A stretch of 63,639 bases of DNA, the filler included, from Licmophora abbreviata (Eukaryota): the NCBI GenBank assembly GCA_900291995.1. It is 7 parts of 7 records of this genome, joined end to end, with 100 filler letters (N's around TTAATTAATTAA, not from the genome) between each part and the next. Parts side by side here need not be neighbours in the genome. Positions count along the whole stretch, not along the records: positions 12,082 to 18,629 come from OLMU01000965.1; positions 18,730 to 29,324 come from OLMU01000966.1; 5 more parts are not named here. One strand, 5' to 3'. The notes below the pieces were generated by a model that worked only from the letters and a program-made list of their open reading frames with translations, was not told where the DNA came from and made no database searches. Position 1 is the first letter of the stretch, and each line of letters begins with the position of its first letter. The translations under genes and the position numbers were made by a program. Of this stretch, positions 12,082 to 23,347 are shown piece by piece.

Positions 12082-13357
12082 GCCGGCGTCGCTGGCAATC
12101 TTGTAGACTTTGGCCATGGACTCAGTCGGTAGTTCGCGCGTCCTACTGTAAACGAACGCACCCTCGTAGGTATTTTGACGTGTCTTGCCATTGTAGTAGA
12201 CAAACTTAAAGTCGGGTTGGCCAGGATCGTTCTCCCCAATCACGTACCAGTTCTCCCAGAATTCTGAAAAAGTGCGAATAAAGCGTAATGGGTAACAGTC
12301 ATGAGCGACGTCGTCACAAAGGAAAAGAGATTCAAAAAGCACCAAACGAAAACTTACTAAGTCCAAACATTTCTCCTTCAGAATGGGCTGTTCGGGCATA
12401 CGAAGCTTCCTTGGCAGTCCCCTTGCCCAAGACAAGGTCGGTCATGGCAGCCGCTTGACTTCGAGCGTTGTCAAAGACCATGGTCTCATGCGTTTCGTAG
12501 TCGTTGAATCCAACCGACTGCGATCCCAACAAAAATCCATCATCCATACGCTGCACCGTTTCTTGTACATTCTTAGGCGGGGGCGGTGATCCATCCGGCA
12601 TCATGTGGGGCATGGAGAATTCCACGTCCATTTCGAGTCGATTGTTGGCCACGAACATGCTATTGCCGTCTGAGTCCTCGGGCATGGAAAAGGTATTTCG
12701 TTGACACGCATAGCAATCATAGTTGGGGTTGAAGCCAACCACCTTGAACCACGTGCCTTCCATGCTCCGCATGTCGAAATTGCGCACCGTGGGTGCTGGC
12801 GGCCGCGGCTCTTCTCCAAACTTGTCGGCGCCTCCGTCCAAAATAGCCACCTTGATACATTCATGATCTTCAATGGTACATTTCAGGAGGTTGTCGAGAT
12901 TCTCGTTGCCATATCGTGCCATGCAGCCCGTAATACACGCATTGTCCCCCATACACTTGGCTGTGCACGTCAATCCCTTGCGACAGGAGGGATCATCCTT
13001 CAAGCAGGCCGTGGCTTGTAACGAACACTTGTCGACGAGACAGGTCTGATCGACCAGAGAGGAATCAAAGCCCTTTCCTCCATATTTTGCGGCCAGCTCG
13101 TCCTCACCAAAGGCAGGTGAAACTAACGAGGCCGACAAGACGGCAGTCGCTGCGACTGTACTTAGCAGTCTTGTGGCTTGTTGAAACAGAGTCAATGATT
13201 CATCTTGATTCTGTACTGATGCTTGCAAGCGTGTATTGTGAAGTTGTGCTGGTCGGAATGTAGTCTGACCGGGACGGCTTGCCGTAAAGGCGTCTGTAGA
13301 CGTCGTCGCGACGAGGGCTAGCAAAGCTACTACAAGAAAACTTCGGACTGGAGTCAT
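12082..13357 (-). CDS. VDL2: Violaxanthin de-epoxidase-like 2, 3' end truncated by linker; intron 12357-12264
   Basis: Bipartite presequence (..TDAFT), Cys-rich domain CLVDKCSLQATACLKDDPSCRKGLTCTAKCMGDNACITGC, lipocalin motifs GTWFKVVGFNPNYDCYACQ, FGLKFWENWYVIG, YNGKTRQNTYEGAFVY. Closely resembles Phaeodactylum VDL2 as I recall it. Confidence 0.9.
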
Positions 13358-13893
13358 GGCGAAGAAAGCGTTCTCAATTCAATGCAAGTAGCGTGGAATA
13401 ACGATAGGCCGAGCGAGGAACTTAGGGTTGGGAAGCGGATCTGAAAGCGAGTTGTAACTCCTAGTAACGATGTGTCCAGGGAGTGCAGTCGCAGAAGGGT
13501 AGTGGATTTGCTTCAAGGGTCGCGTGTGTCTACGATAGACTCGAGAGCAAGCTGCTTTGGTTGGCTCCCAGCACTGAGGTTGAAGAGGAAGATCCCGGAC
13601 GGGTGCCGAGAATGCTTGCGTTGGCGCGCTGTATTTTTTGTTGAAGAACGAAGATACGTTCTTCGCGCTATGTCGAGAAGTTTAGCTAACAACAGACTTC
13701 TTCAAGTTTTAGTCGAAGTGATCACATTAATTGCTGACCCGGAAGTTGAACTTTGGTGTATCTTTTCTTCGCGAGCGCGCGAAAGCCATCGGCGCTAGGG
13801 ATGATGCATGATGCTTTTCTGCCTCTTGACTCTTTCTGCATCGCACACATCGAGTGGAAGAAAGATCTTGCTTTTCCTTGTGGAACTGAAGCC

Positions 13894-15672
13894 ATGAAGA
13901 CCTTTCGCAGCTCGCTTGCCTTGATGGCATTACTGGTTTCCACTTCGAGTGGCTTTCTGCCATCGTCGAAAACATTCGGAAGATCGTTGCCTTCCAAGAC
14001 GAAATTGCCCATGGGCGCCGTCGTGGAGGCCCCTGTCCGCACTCCGGAAACTCCCGATCGCGTCAAGGAAGTAAGAGACCGCTTCCGAAAGGCCTCGGAA
14101 GACGCCGCGCAAGCCAAAGGATGTGCCTCAGCCGACGTGGGCGATGAATGGTGGCGTTCGCCTGAAGAGGAGCGCCAAGTCACGCCCGATCGCCCGCTCC
14201 GCGTCTTGATCGCCGGAGGCGGTGTCGCAGGGCTCGTCACGGCTGCTGCCTGTCATGCCAAGGGCATGCAAGTAGCCATCTTTGAGCAAGCTTCGCAATA
14301 CGCGCCCTACGGCGGCCCCATTCAGATTCAGTCCAATGCGCTGCGGGCTCTGGAGAGAATCAACCCCACCGTCTACGAAGAATTGATCAAGGCAGGTACA
14401 GTCACCGCTGATCGAGTGTCGGGACTCAAGATTGGTTATCAGAAAGGGGTCTTTATGAATTTGGGTCAGCAATATGAAAAGGGTGACTGGTTGGTTCGAT
14501 TCGATACTCTTCAGCCTGCGCTGCAAGCGGGACTTCAGCCGACCGTCGTGGTGGACCGCCCCGTCATTCAACAGATTTTGCTCAATCACGGGATTCCGGA
14601 AGGAACTGTTCGTATCAAGAGTCGCATCGCTTCGTATGAGGAGCTTGGTCCGGGCAAGGGAGTAAAGGTCGTCTTGGAAGACGGAACTGTGGCGTTCGCC
14701 GACGTGCTGGTCGGAGCAGACGGAATCTGGTCGTCGGTACGTCGCATCATGCACGGTTTGAACGAGGGAGCCGATGGATTTGCCGCATCGGGTGCTGCCG
14801 GCGGTGCTCTCAACGAAGCCGAAGCGCGTCGCATGGCCAAGGACAGTGTCTTAATGGCGGAGGGAGCCAATCGGCGCTACTCAAAGTTCACATGCTACGC
14901 CGCCTTGACGGAGATCCGAGCAAGCAACATTGAGGAAGTGTCGTATCAGATACTTTTGGGAAACGACAAGTATTTTGTTAGTACCGACGGGGGAGGGGAA
15001 CGCCAACAGTGGTTCGCGCTGATTCGGGAAGATGCCGGTGGTGTCGATCCGGAAGCAACAGAGGAAAATCCGACACCCAAACTTGATCGTCTGCTAAAGG
15101 AGTTCAACTGCGAAGAGCCCGGTGACAAGGACGGCAATGTTTGGGATGAATTTGCTACCGAGTTGTTGCAAGCGACAAAGGAGGGAGACATTAAGCGTCG
15201 TGACTTGTACGATGGGGCACCTCTGCTTGCCAAGGGCTGGACTCGGGGACATGTCGCGATCTGTGGTGATGCCGCTCATCCAATGATGGTAAGTGCGACG
15301 GTTGTGGGTGCGACCGAGGCGAGAACACTACCACACATTGACAGATTGACTCACAGATCTTTCGTTTGTTATATTGGCATACAGCCCAATCTTGGACAAG
15401 GCGGCTGCCAGGCGACGGAAGATGGATATCGACTGGCAGAGGAACTGGGCACGGTCAAGCATACTAGCGATGTCGAAGGCGCGCTGAAGACTTATTACAA
15501 CAAACGAATCCCGCGAACCACAACGGTCCAGATCCTTGCACAACTAGGAAGTGATTTACTGGTCGACTTTGACAAGATGATGACGATTCCACTCGTGGGG
15601 CCATTCTTCCTCTTTATGACCCAGTTGACGATGCCGTTTGTTCTGAGGTTTTTGTACACGCCAGAGTTCTAA
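13894..15672 (+). CDS. ZEP1: Zeaxanthin epoxidase paralog ZEP1 (fucoxanthin pathway), 2 exons (13894-15288, 15385-15672; 560 aa)
   Basis: Signal plus SSGF presequence, FAD motif [48 protein letters not shown]-terminus [11 protein letters not shown] matching diatom ZEP1. Confidence 0.93.
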   Translation: MKTFRSSLALMALLVSTSSGFLPSSKTFGRSLPSKTKLPMGAVVEAPVRTPETPDRVKEVRDRFRKASEDAAQAKGCASADVGDEWWRSPEEERQVTPDRPLRVLIAGGGVAGLVTAAACHAKGMQVAIFEQASQYAPYGGPIQIQSNALRALERINPTVYEELIKAGTVTADRVSGLKIGYQKGVFMNLGQQYEKGDWLVRFDTLQPALQAGLQPTVVVDRPVIQQILLNHGIPEGTVRIKSRIASYEELGPGKGVKVVLEDGTVAFADVLVGADGIWSSVRRIMHGLNEGADGFAASGAAGGALNEAEARRMAKDSVLMAEGANRRYSKFTCYAALTEIRASNIEEVSYQILLGNDKYFVSTDGGGERQQWFALIREDAGGVDPEATEENPTPKLDRLLKEFNCEEPGDKDGNVWDEFATELLQATKEGDIKRRDLYDGAPLLAKGWTRGHVAICGDAAHPMMVSATVVGATEARTLPHIDRLTHRSFVCYIGIQPNLGQGGCQATEDGYRLAEELGTVKHTSDVEGALKTYYNKRIPRTTTVQILAQLGSDLLVDFDKMMTIPLVGPFFLFMTQLTMPFVLRFLYTPEF

Positions 15673-15710
15673 TAGCTATTAAGATACACCGGCAAAACAG
15701 ACATACACGT

Positions 15711-17509
15711 TTACGTTTGCAACTCTTTCGGTTCGACTATTCCAACGCAGTTGTGCTCCTTCAAGTACGCGTCGTGCGCAGGATGATTCAAGGGAAAGAG
15801 AACGAAAGTGACAAGAAACTAATGGAGTAGAGTCGGGACGAAACGGCTCTTGAGTAACTTCAAACAAGTCGCAGACAAATGAGATAATTCCATCGGACAA
15901 CTTACATTCGGTACCACCATTCGACTATCTGTCAGAACGTCGCGTAGCATGGCTGCAGGGTGGACTCGGACGACGGGGCACGGATCGGGTTTTGCCCACA
16001 AGCTGCCGTGCTTCTTCTTCCAAAGTTTCCGTTGCCGGTGCAGGTGCTTCCGCTCCATAGCTCTGGCTAGATTCGCCATATCTTGGCCCTCATCACCTTT
16101 CAGCGCACGAGACGCCTCGTAGAATCGCATAGTACTGCCCTGATCCCGTAAAAGTTCAACGGATTCCGGATGAATCACACCACCGTCTTCCTCGGTGCAA
16201 TTTACTTCAAAGTATACGGCTAGGTTGCTGCAGGTGAACTCGTTGTTGTAGTCCCACGGCATTGTAGTCTCAGTGTCGCCATCCTCGAACTCGGGGAATA
16301 CTTCGGCCATGCGAGGTGCCATCATGTCTGATTCAAGGAACCGCTCGATAAAATCTGACTGAGAGTGACTAGGATAAACGAACATGCACGGCCAACTCCA
16401 TTTGCCTCGATTTGTTCGTTCAGGCAGGCGACCTGTGTGCGGGTGGTGATGATGCCATCGAGATTCCTCTGCACCGTCACCAAGGTCCTCGTCATCCGTA
16501 ACGGTCGCTACTAGTGGGACTCTTCCAAGCCGAATGCTCTCCTCTTTGCAGTGCTTCCAAGTCTCCTTTACCCGTGCCACACGTTCTGCTCTGATCCGTT
16601 CTCGCTTTTGTCGGGCCAACCGTGCTTTTCGGATCTTCTCTGACAGTTGGCGCTGAAGATTCTTCAAGTCGCGGTTGGCGCTCTCGCCCTCGATGGCCAA
16701 TCCAGAGTCAATAGCATCCCCTGCTTCCTCCCAGTTATTAAGCATCTGGTGGGCTTTCGCCAGACGATACCACGCCTTTACGTTTTCCTTGTTGAATGCG
16801 AGTGACTAGAATGGATCACGTTGTATGCAAGCAAGTGTCAACAGTTATCAGTCAATTTTCAAGGAAGTATACGGCTTCAGAAAGTATCTCAACCAGTACC
16901 CACACACCAGCTTACCTTGCTGGATTCGTCCCGAACATAGCCCCAGTTTTTGAGCTGCATGTGTGCCATGGCTGCATTTGCGCATATAGTCGATTTCAAT
17001 TCGTCCAGCTCTTGTTCCGTGTACGTCTCCTCGTCCTTCTCGCCAGGTTCATCTCCGGGGCGAGTCGGTTCCACCTTCTGCGCCCACGCAAAGGCTTCGT
17101 AGTAATGGTTGACAGCATCTCGATAAAACTGAACGTTCTTGACCTGATTGCGCTTTCCATCCCTGAATGCGTCGTTCCCCTTTTTCTTGAAGCTAATCAT
17201 TAACTGCGCCGGACTCTCATCGTAGACTAAACTGGAAAAGGCCTCTGCCAATCCACTATTTTCAAGCTCCTGTTGATCCGAAGCAAAAATTGGGGGAATG
17301 AAGTCGTCGTCTAGAATTTTCTCCAGATACTCTTCCTTTTCACCCGGTGCCCACCCCTTGCCCTGCTGGATAGCCATATCCATCGCTTGGGACAAGAGTC
17401 GATCCGTGTCATCCTCTTCTTCGGCGTCCCACTTTTCTTTCGCGTCCTTCATTTTTTGCATGAGTTCATCGTGCTTTTCAGCGCCTGACTTGCCTTCCTT
17501 GGACCCCAT
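15711..17509 (-). CDS. TPR co-chaperone TTC4/CNS1-like, 3 exons (17509-16916, 16805-15906, 15818-15711)
   Basis: TPR motifs FKKKGNDAF, ANAAMAHMQLKNWG, NVKAWYR; C-terminal domain WPCMFVYPSHSQSDFI and PWDYNNEF typical of CNS1/TTC4. Confidence 0.8.
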
Positions 17510-17635
17510 GGTCCTGCTATTGCGACCGCGTCTTCGAACCGTCAGATTTGTGGCGAGAAAAGGGAGAACAGAGAATGATCATCGTGGGGACGGCGACGCC
17601 CGCCGCGCACGACGACGACCGGGCGCCCGCAAGAC

Positions 17636-17647
17636 TTTCCCGCCAAA
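17636..17647. promoter_or_regulatory. TTTCCCGCCAAA, E2F-type motif upstream of TTC4-like gene
   Basis: Exact 12-mer also at 26156 and 37640; contains the TTTSSCGC E2F consensus plus a near-match on the other strand. Confidence 0.5.
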
Positions 17648-17798
17648 ATTTTGCTTCAGTTTTATGTCAGTCTCCATCATCGGGCTCTGCGGCCCTATTA
17701 CAGTTACAGAGCATGGAGTATATTAGTTTACGTTGTCAAACTGGTTGGCTTGGTGTTCCCTTATGACAGCTACAAGTCAGCGTCGGTGCCCTTCAGTT

Positions 17799-18506
17799 CT
17801 AGTCAGCTGTGCGTCGCTTTCGACCGAACAGACTTCTCAGCGAATTCTTCTTCCGACTCTTCTTCTGCGGAGAAGTCTCTTTCGGTGCCTCTTTAATCGC
17901 TACTTTAGCAAGCTCATGCTCGATCGACTCTTCCATTATCTCGTCTTCAATTATGCCATCAAAAAGTGACGTGTCAGATCGCAAGATTTTCAGTCGGCCC
18001 GAAGGATCCAAGCTCCTGGTCGTCACCGTCGCCTCAAGCGAATGTTTCATTGTGGATCCCCCCTGTTGTGTCTCATCGCAACACGAGTCCATGTAAGCCG
18101 TAGAGTCATCTCTTAGGTACGATGAAAGGCTGTCCTGGTCATCGTCGTAGTTTGCGTAGGGCGCAGTACAGCATCCGCCGCCCCATGCTGCTGGTGCTGA
18201 TGTGGTATTCGAACTTGTGCTGGCGAACGAGATCAAGGTCGACTGGGTCGTCAACGTGGAAACCGTACTGTCTGACAAACTGTGATTGTGTTTAAGCGTC
18301 GATCCGCTTAAGACTTTATCGAGATTCGTCTGCTGATTGGTCTTGGAAGAATGCGGTGTCAAAAGTCGGAGTGAGAATTGATCCTTTGTCTTCAATGTTT
18401 CACCAAACGAAGTATTTCCTTCCAGAGATACCGCAGGTTCTACCCGCGCATCGAAGCCCGGCTCCTCCTTGACAGGCTTTCCCAACCAGCCCAGCAAACT
18501 AGTCAT
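17799..18506 (-). CDS. Hypothetical Ser/Thr-rich protein (235 aa)
   Basis: ATG-initiated ORF filling an intergenic space, with a basic C-terminus; no recognised domain. Confidence 0.55.
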   Translation of the reverse strand: MTSLLGWLGKPVKEEPGFDARVEPAVSLEGNTSFGETLKTKDQFSLRLLTPHSSKTNQQTNLDKVLSGSTLKHNHSLSDSTVSTLTTQSTLISFASTSSNTTSAPAAWGGGCCTAPYANYDDDQDSLSSYLRDDSTAYMDSCCDETQQGGSTMKHSLEATVTTRSLDPSGRLKILRSDTSLFDGIIEDEIMEESIEHELAKVAIKEAPKETSPQKKSRKKNSLRSLFGRKRRTAD

Positions 18507-18629
18507 GGTGAACTCGTGAGACGAAACGGACGATACGACGCGGTGTGACAGTGCGAGTTGGACAACGAACCGCCGGCGAGTATCTGTTGTGTGATGTGAG
18601 TGTGTGTGGCGTAAATACTTTGTGCGTTG

Positions 18630-18729
18630 NNNNNNNNNNNNNNNNNNNNNNNNNNNNNNNNNNNNNNNNNNNNTTAATTAATTAANNNNNNNNNNNNNNN
18701 NNNNNNNNNNNNNNNNNNNNNNNNNNNNN
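18630..18729. other. Artificial assembly linker
   Basis: 44 N + TTAATTAATTAA + 44 N. Confidence 0.98.
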
Positions 18730-19039
18730 ACTCGGCAAGTGGAGTGCCAAAAAATTTGGAGCTTCCCATAAAGCTATTGTATGATATATTACGATGCGTA
18801 TGTTCAATTTAACAGTTTCAACGGCAGTGGATTGATACAAAAGATGATAGTGAATCCAATCGAATCACTTTTCAACTGAGAGCACACGATCCATCTTTGC
18901 GAGCTCTCTCTGTTCGACATAATACGGATCTCCGGAGAGCTCTCATGACGCGATCCCTGCGGGGACCATGTTGATGCAACTGCGTGCGGCAGCAGGATAA
19001 CAGTTGAGCACACGACGCGCTGCCAATCATATTGACATC

Positions 19040-19876
19040 ATGGAGAGTTACACTATGGAAGCTGCCACTGCGGAGAGAACAGCGGCAGTATCAGAGGAGC
19101 TCGCGGCGTGGAGAGAGGCGCACAAGCATTTGACCCATGCGATGGTTGTGGCTCAAGAGGCTGTCGCGGTTGCAAAGGCCCAGCGTCGCTATTGGCTTGA
19201 GGAGATAGCGGCAAACGTGAGTCCACAAGGAAAACTAGAAGCCTCGTCTGTGTGGTTAAAGCCGGTACCAGCAAAAAAGAGTCCGATAAAGAAACGAAGC
19301 GCCAAGGACAAGAAGAAACCGGCCTCCTCCAAGAAGCGAAAGAAATCAGACGACACGCTCACAGACAACGACGAAGGGGTATCGCCTCCTAGTAAGCCTC
19401 TCAAGAAACGCAAACCGGCAAAGAAGCGACCTTTAAAGTCACCAGCAGAGGCAGACCAACCCAATAATGAAGTCCTTCGATTGACTCTTCCCTCGTCGGC
19501 ATCGATGCCATCCGGAAGAGGTACTACTCCTACCATTTTTGCGCCAGAGACAATGGATACAGGAGGAGCAGTCATTGCAGCAGAGCCGTTGGTGCAGCAG
19601 CAAGGAGCGAGTCCGTATGTGACACAACATCCTGAGCATGCAACACAATGGGCCACCCAGAGCGCACTGCATGCGGCAGTCGCGGCAACCAATCCGGACA
19701 GTTTCAACCTCCTGCATCACATCCCTGAGCACTTGCGGCCGTTTCTAGCGGCCGCGCAGACAGCGGCCATGAGTGGGATAACACAAAGTCAACATCACCC
19801 GCAGCCCTCTGACTTCTATGGGGTTCCACCTCAGAATGAAGACGCCGGAGGTAGTGAGAACGACGAAGGCTTCTAG
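19040..19876 (+). CDS. Hypothetical nuclear protein: N-terminal coiled coil plus Lys-rich NLS-like region
   Basis: ATG at 19040; helical N-terminus, KKRKK and KKRKPAKKRP tracts, low-complexity tail. Confidence 0.6.
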   Translation: MESYTMEAATAERTAAVSEELAAWREAHKHLTHAMVVAQEAVAVAKAQRRYWLEEIAANVSPQGKLEASSVWLKPVPAKKSPIKKRSAKDKKKPASSKKRKKSDDTLTDNDEGVSPPSKPLKKRKPAKKRPLKSPAEADQPNNEVLRLTLPSSASMPSGRGTTPTIFAPETMDTGGAVIAAEPLVQQQGASPYVTQHPEHATQWATQSALHAAVAATNPDSFNLLHHIPEHLRPFLAAAQTAAMSGITQSQHHPQPSDFYGVPPQNEDAGGSENDEGF

Positions 19877-19951
19877 GACTTGAGCTCTGACAAATATAGC
19901 CGGTGCTAGTGTACTAAATAATGTCAAGTATCTCATATGAATTCGCATATC

Positions 19952-20638
19952 TTAGCCAAACGCTAGTGATTCACGCGCCTTTTCAATCGCATCTTTTGGT
20001 TCCGGCAGTACGAGCAGCCTGTCCGCGTCCTCAATGTCGCCGTCGAACACGCACAGTTGTAGCTCATCGAGAATACCATCCACAATGATGGATTCTTGCA
20101 TTCGATACGACATGGATGGCGCCGATCCCATTCGGTCTATCGTTATTTGCGAGTCGGACAAGCGAACCATCAACGCAGCAGTTCGATCGTGATAGTACAT
20201 GTCCACAGCATACTCCTCTCGCGATGGCTGGTCGGCTTTCCACGAGTTTCGATCCGGTGTGTTCTGCATGCCCATCAAGTAGAACATGAGCAGAAGTCGA
20301 AGACCACCGGGCTTGATCGATTCAACAGGGATGCTAATGAGGCGCGTTGTCCCCGCATAGTCCTCGTGTTCGTCGTCGTCGCAGTCTTCGTTCTTTTCCG
20401 GCGTGTTCGATTCACTATTCTCTTTCCTACTCCCTCCAAGGTCATCAAAGAACTTTCCAATGTCATCAAAAAAGCTAGACATTCGACGAGGGGTTCCAAA
20501 GTGGCGTGTCGATACATTTCGAAATCGCAAGCTTGGGTTAGATGTAAATGCTTCGGTTGATGGGACAACTTCTAGTAGCAGTGGTAAGGCCGCCGACAAT
20601 GACGAAACCACGGCCAACAAACAAGCAAGACGCCGCAT
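19952..20638 (-). CDS. Plastid-targeted protein of unknown function, paralog A (start could be 20668)
   Basis: Signal peptide plus TEAF cleavage motif and a basic transit peptide; ~135-aa domain colinear with the neighbouring gene at 21197-21793. Confidence 0.75.
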   Translation of the reverse strand: MRRLACLLAVVSSLSAALPLLLEVVPSTEAFTSNPSLRFRNVSTRHFGTPRRMSSFFDDIGKFFDDLGGSRKENSESNTPEKNEDCDDDEHEDYAGTTRLISIPVESIKPGGLRLLLMFYLMGMQNTPDRNSWKADQPSREEYAVDMYYHDRTAALMVRLSDSQITIDRMGSAPSMSYRMQESIIVDGILDELQLCVFDGDIEDADRLLVLPEPKDAIEKARESLAFG

Positions 20639-21196
20639 CGTCAAGGAAGACTTTTTGCTCCAAACCATCGTTTCAGATTGCACACACGCACGCAGTCTCT
20701 TGCGCTGCATACATCTACGATGTGGACTGCTCACTGGAGCCACCTTGAACAGAACGTCGACGCCTTAGTCCAGTTCATCAGAACTTTTCGTCTGTGTCAT
20801 CAAAATGCACGCGTGTCGCCACTTCTATGTTTTCGTGTTTCAAAACTCGTGAGTCAGCGGCGTGCGAGTCCCGCCGTGACTGACTCAACTCGTCGCGTGA
20901 TAGATTGATTCGACCTATACCGCCGATATGACCGGAAGAGCAATCTGAAACCGCGACGAACCGTACTCTCTCTAACAGCTACACTCATGTGATATGGGGA
21001 CACTTCCGCGGAAGAAGACAAAGACTCAGATACATTTCTATTCCATACCATAGGAACGGTAAAATCACGGCATCACAACCTAATAGAGACGCTTAACACT
21101 GCGGTAGAGAATCGAATCAAGCAACCCAGACGGAACACGCTCAAGTCTACTGCGGGGAACATATCATCCCAATTGAAGCTAATGCTGTCTTTCGCT

Positions 21197-21793
21197 CTAC
21201 TCCTTCCTTGCGGGCAGCGTTTCTCTTGCTTTTTCAATCGCCTCTGCGTCGCTCAATCGCAGCAATCTATTTTCTTCTTCGATGTCATCCACGCCGAGCG
21301 CTAGATTGGTAAGTTCATCCAACAATCCATGTAGCAAGACACTCTCTTGTAGCATATACTGTAGCGATGGCCTTTGTCCATGTCGAGTAACTCGAACGTT
21401 GGTTTGGGTCATGTCTATTGAGCACATTCCTGTGGCATCCGTGTAGTACATGTCAATGCCTCCATCTTCATTTTGCTTGGCAAGCCAACTCTTGGGAGCA
21501 GGCTTGTTGCATTCACCGACCAAGTAGATTTGTAGGAAAAAGCGTAGAGCACCCATCTTGACGTCTTTGGCTGGAATGTCGAGTACAGTCTTTGGGGCGT
21601 TGCTAGAGGAAGTCTGCGTATTCCCACCAAACAGGCCTCCGAATAGGCCGGAAGAGAGAGACGAGGTTCGTTTTTTCGTTGCAGGGAGACGATGCGAGAT
21701 TGCAGGTCGCGAAGTAAAGGCGCTAGCGAGACTCGAAGTTAGTCCAAGGGCGATGGCGGCGAGCGTGATGGCGAGTCGGCGGCTCATTGTCAT
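21197..21793 (-). CDS. Plastid-targeted protein of unknown function, paralog B
   Basis: Signal peptide plus ASAF motif; shares IP..K.G.LR, DMYY.D, PS..Y..QES, G.LDEL, DIE...RLL and AIEKARE with paralog A. Confidence 0.78.
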   Translation of the reverse strand: MTMSRRLAITLAAIALGLTSSLASAFTSRPAISHRLPATKKRTSSLSSGLFGGLFGGNTQTSSSNAPKTVLDIPAKDVKMGALRFFLQIYLVGECNKPAPKSWLAKQNEDGGIDMYYTDATGMCSIDMTQTNVRVTRHGQRPSLQYMLQESVLLHGLLDELTNLALGVDDIEEENRLLRLSDAEAIEKARETLPARKE

Positions 21794-22205
21794 ACAGAAT
21801 ATTTAAGAGATTTGGGCTGGCGACTGAGAGATCGGAGAGCAACTGCGGCTGTTTGAGAAGTACTTGTCTACAATTTTGTTCTTTGGAGAAAGGTCTGTGT
21901 CTGTGATCTTTGCTGTCCTGGCTGCCAACACAGCGAATGCATCATGTTTCAATAGACTACACGATCGCGACAGAGGCACGTCGTCGTGTCTATTTTGCGT
22001 TGTAGTTGCGTGCGTGTTGGCGGCAAGTTCAAAGTATTCTTCGACATACTCGACTACAGCGTTCTAACTGCGTCGGACTAGTCAAAAGCAGTAGCTACCC
22101 CTTACACGTTACTATTTTCCTGTCGTACAGACAGCACGTACCATTCTACGTGCAACCAGAAAGTGCAGCGTTGCCGCAGATTTCACGACATCATCAACAT
22201 CCACC

Positions 22206-22900
22206 ATGGCAGGAGCAGGTACGACGAGAATTTAGACGAAACCGTCGCGGAATTGGATTGTACTGAAAACTCCTGATGTGGATATCACTCATTACGACAC
22301 TGTGGGGAAGAAACGATCGCTCTCGACTTTGGAGAGGCCGAGATCGAGTCGTCGTTGCTGCACCACGGCTTGCTCCATGGAGAGCTTTCCTGCCATCGAA
22401 GAACGGACAGACATCACCACAATCAACACACTCACTTTTGTCGTTTCTCACTTCGTTCTATGCTTCCTTTCTTTCGCCCGTGCGTAGATAAAGCATCCGC
22501 GGTCTCCAAGGCCCTCAAGAAGGGAATCTCGAAAAAGGGAACGCGCATTCACACCAAGGTGCACTTTTATAAACCAAAGACTCTCAGTTTGGATCGCAAA
22601 CCCAAGTATGCGCGAAAGAGTACCCCGAAAAAGAACACATTGGACAAGCATTCCATTATCAAATACCCGCTTACCACAGAGTCCAGTATGAAGCTCATTG
22701 AGGACAGCAATACTCTCGTTTTCATTGTCGATATCAAGGCCAACAAGCGCCAAATCAAGGCGGCGGTCAAGGAGCTTTACGACATTGAATGCGAAAAGGT
22801 CAACACACTCATTACTCCCCGGGGACTGAAAAAGAGCTATGTTCGATTGAGTAAGGACTTCGATGCCCTTGACGTGGCGAACCGAGTTGGGGTCATCTAA
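22206..22900 (+). CDS. RPL23A: 60S ribosomal protein L23a (uL23), 2 exons (22206-22218, 22488-22900; 141 aa)
   Basis: [53 protein letters not shown]; 269-nt GT-AG intron. Confidence 0.95.
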
Positions 22901-23347
22901 ACCAGTGTACTTGTATGGTTCATCGGAGTAGTTAGATACTTCATCTAAGAGAACTGTATCGTCATGCCACTCAACTACGATACTACACAGTTCTTCGCTT
23001 GAGACGTGCCAAACCTGCAATATTTACAACTTGTAGGTGCAGCTTTCAGTAGCTCGACTTCTACCACGCGCGTCTGCATTGTAAATGAGGATACCATTCG
23101 TTCGATAGCTTACATGAGTAGCAGTAGTCGTATACCTTCAATCATCCGAATATGAGAGCTAGAAGCTAATAGTTGACCGTCTTCGTATGCGCTATCCGAA
23201 CGTAGGCCTAAGCGCCACACAACTGCTTAAACGCCGAGACCGCGGCATGTAACCATCTATTTTATCTTGTAGCTAGATGGCTGCCATAATACCAGTCTGT
23301 CACGTGTAACACATACAATTCCCCTCGACTGAACTATTGCCCTGGCT

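Noticed and set aside
13753..13893. N-terminal extension of ZEP1 from the TTG at 13753
   Set aside because: The ATG at 13894 begins a normal signal peptide; the ORF track uses bacterial-style starts. The same applies to 3754, 8325, 20743 and 26191.
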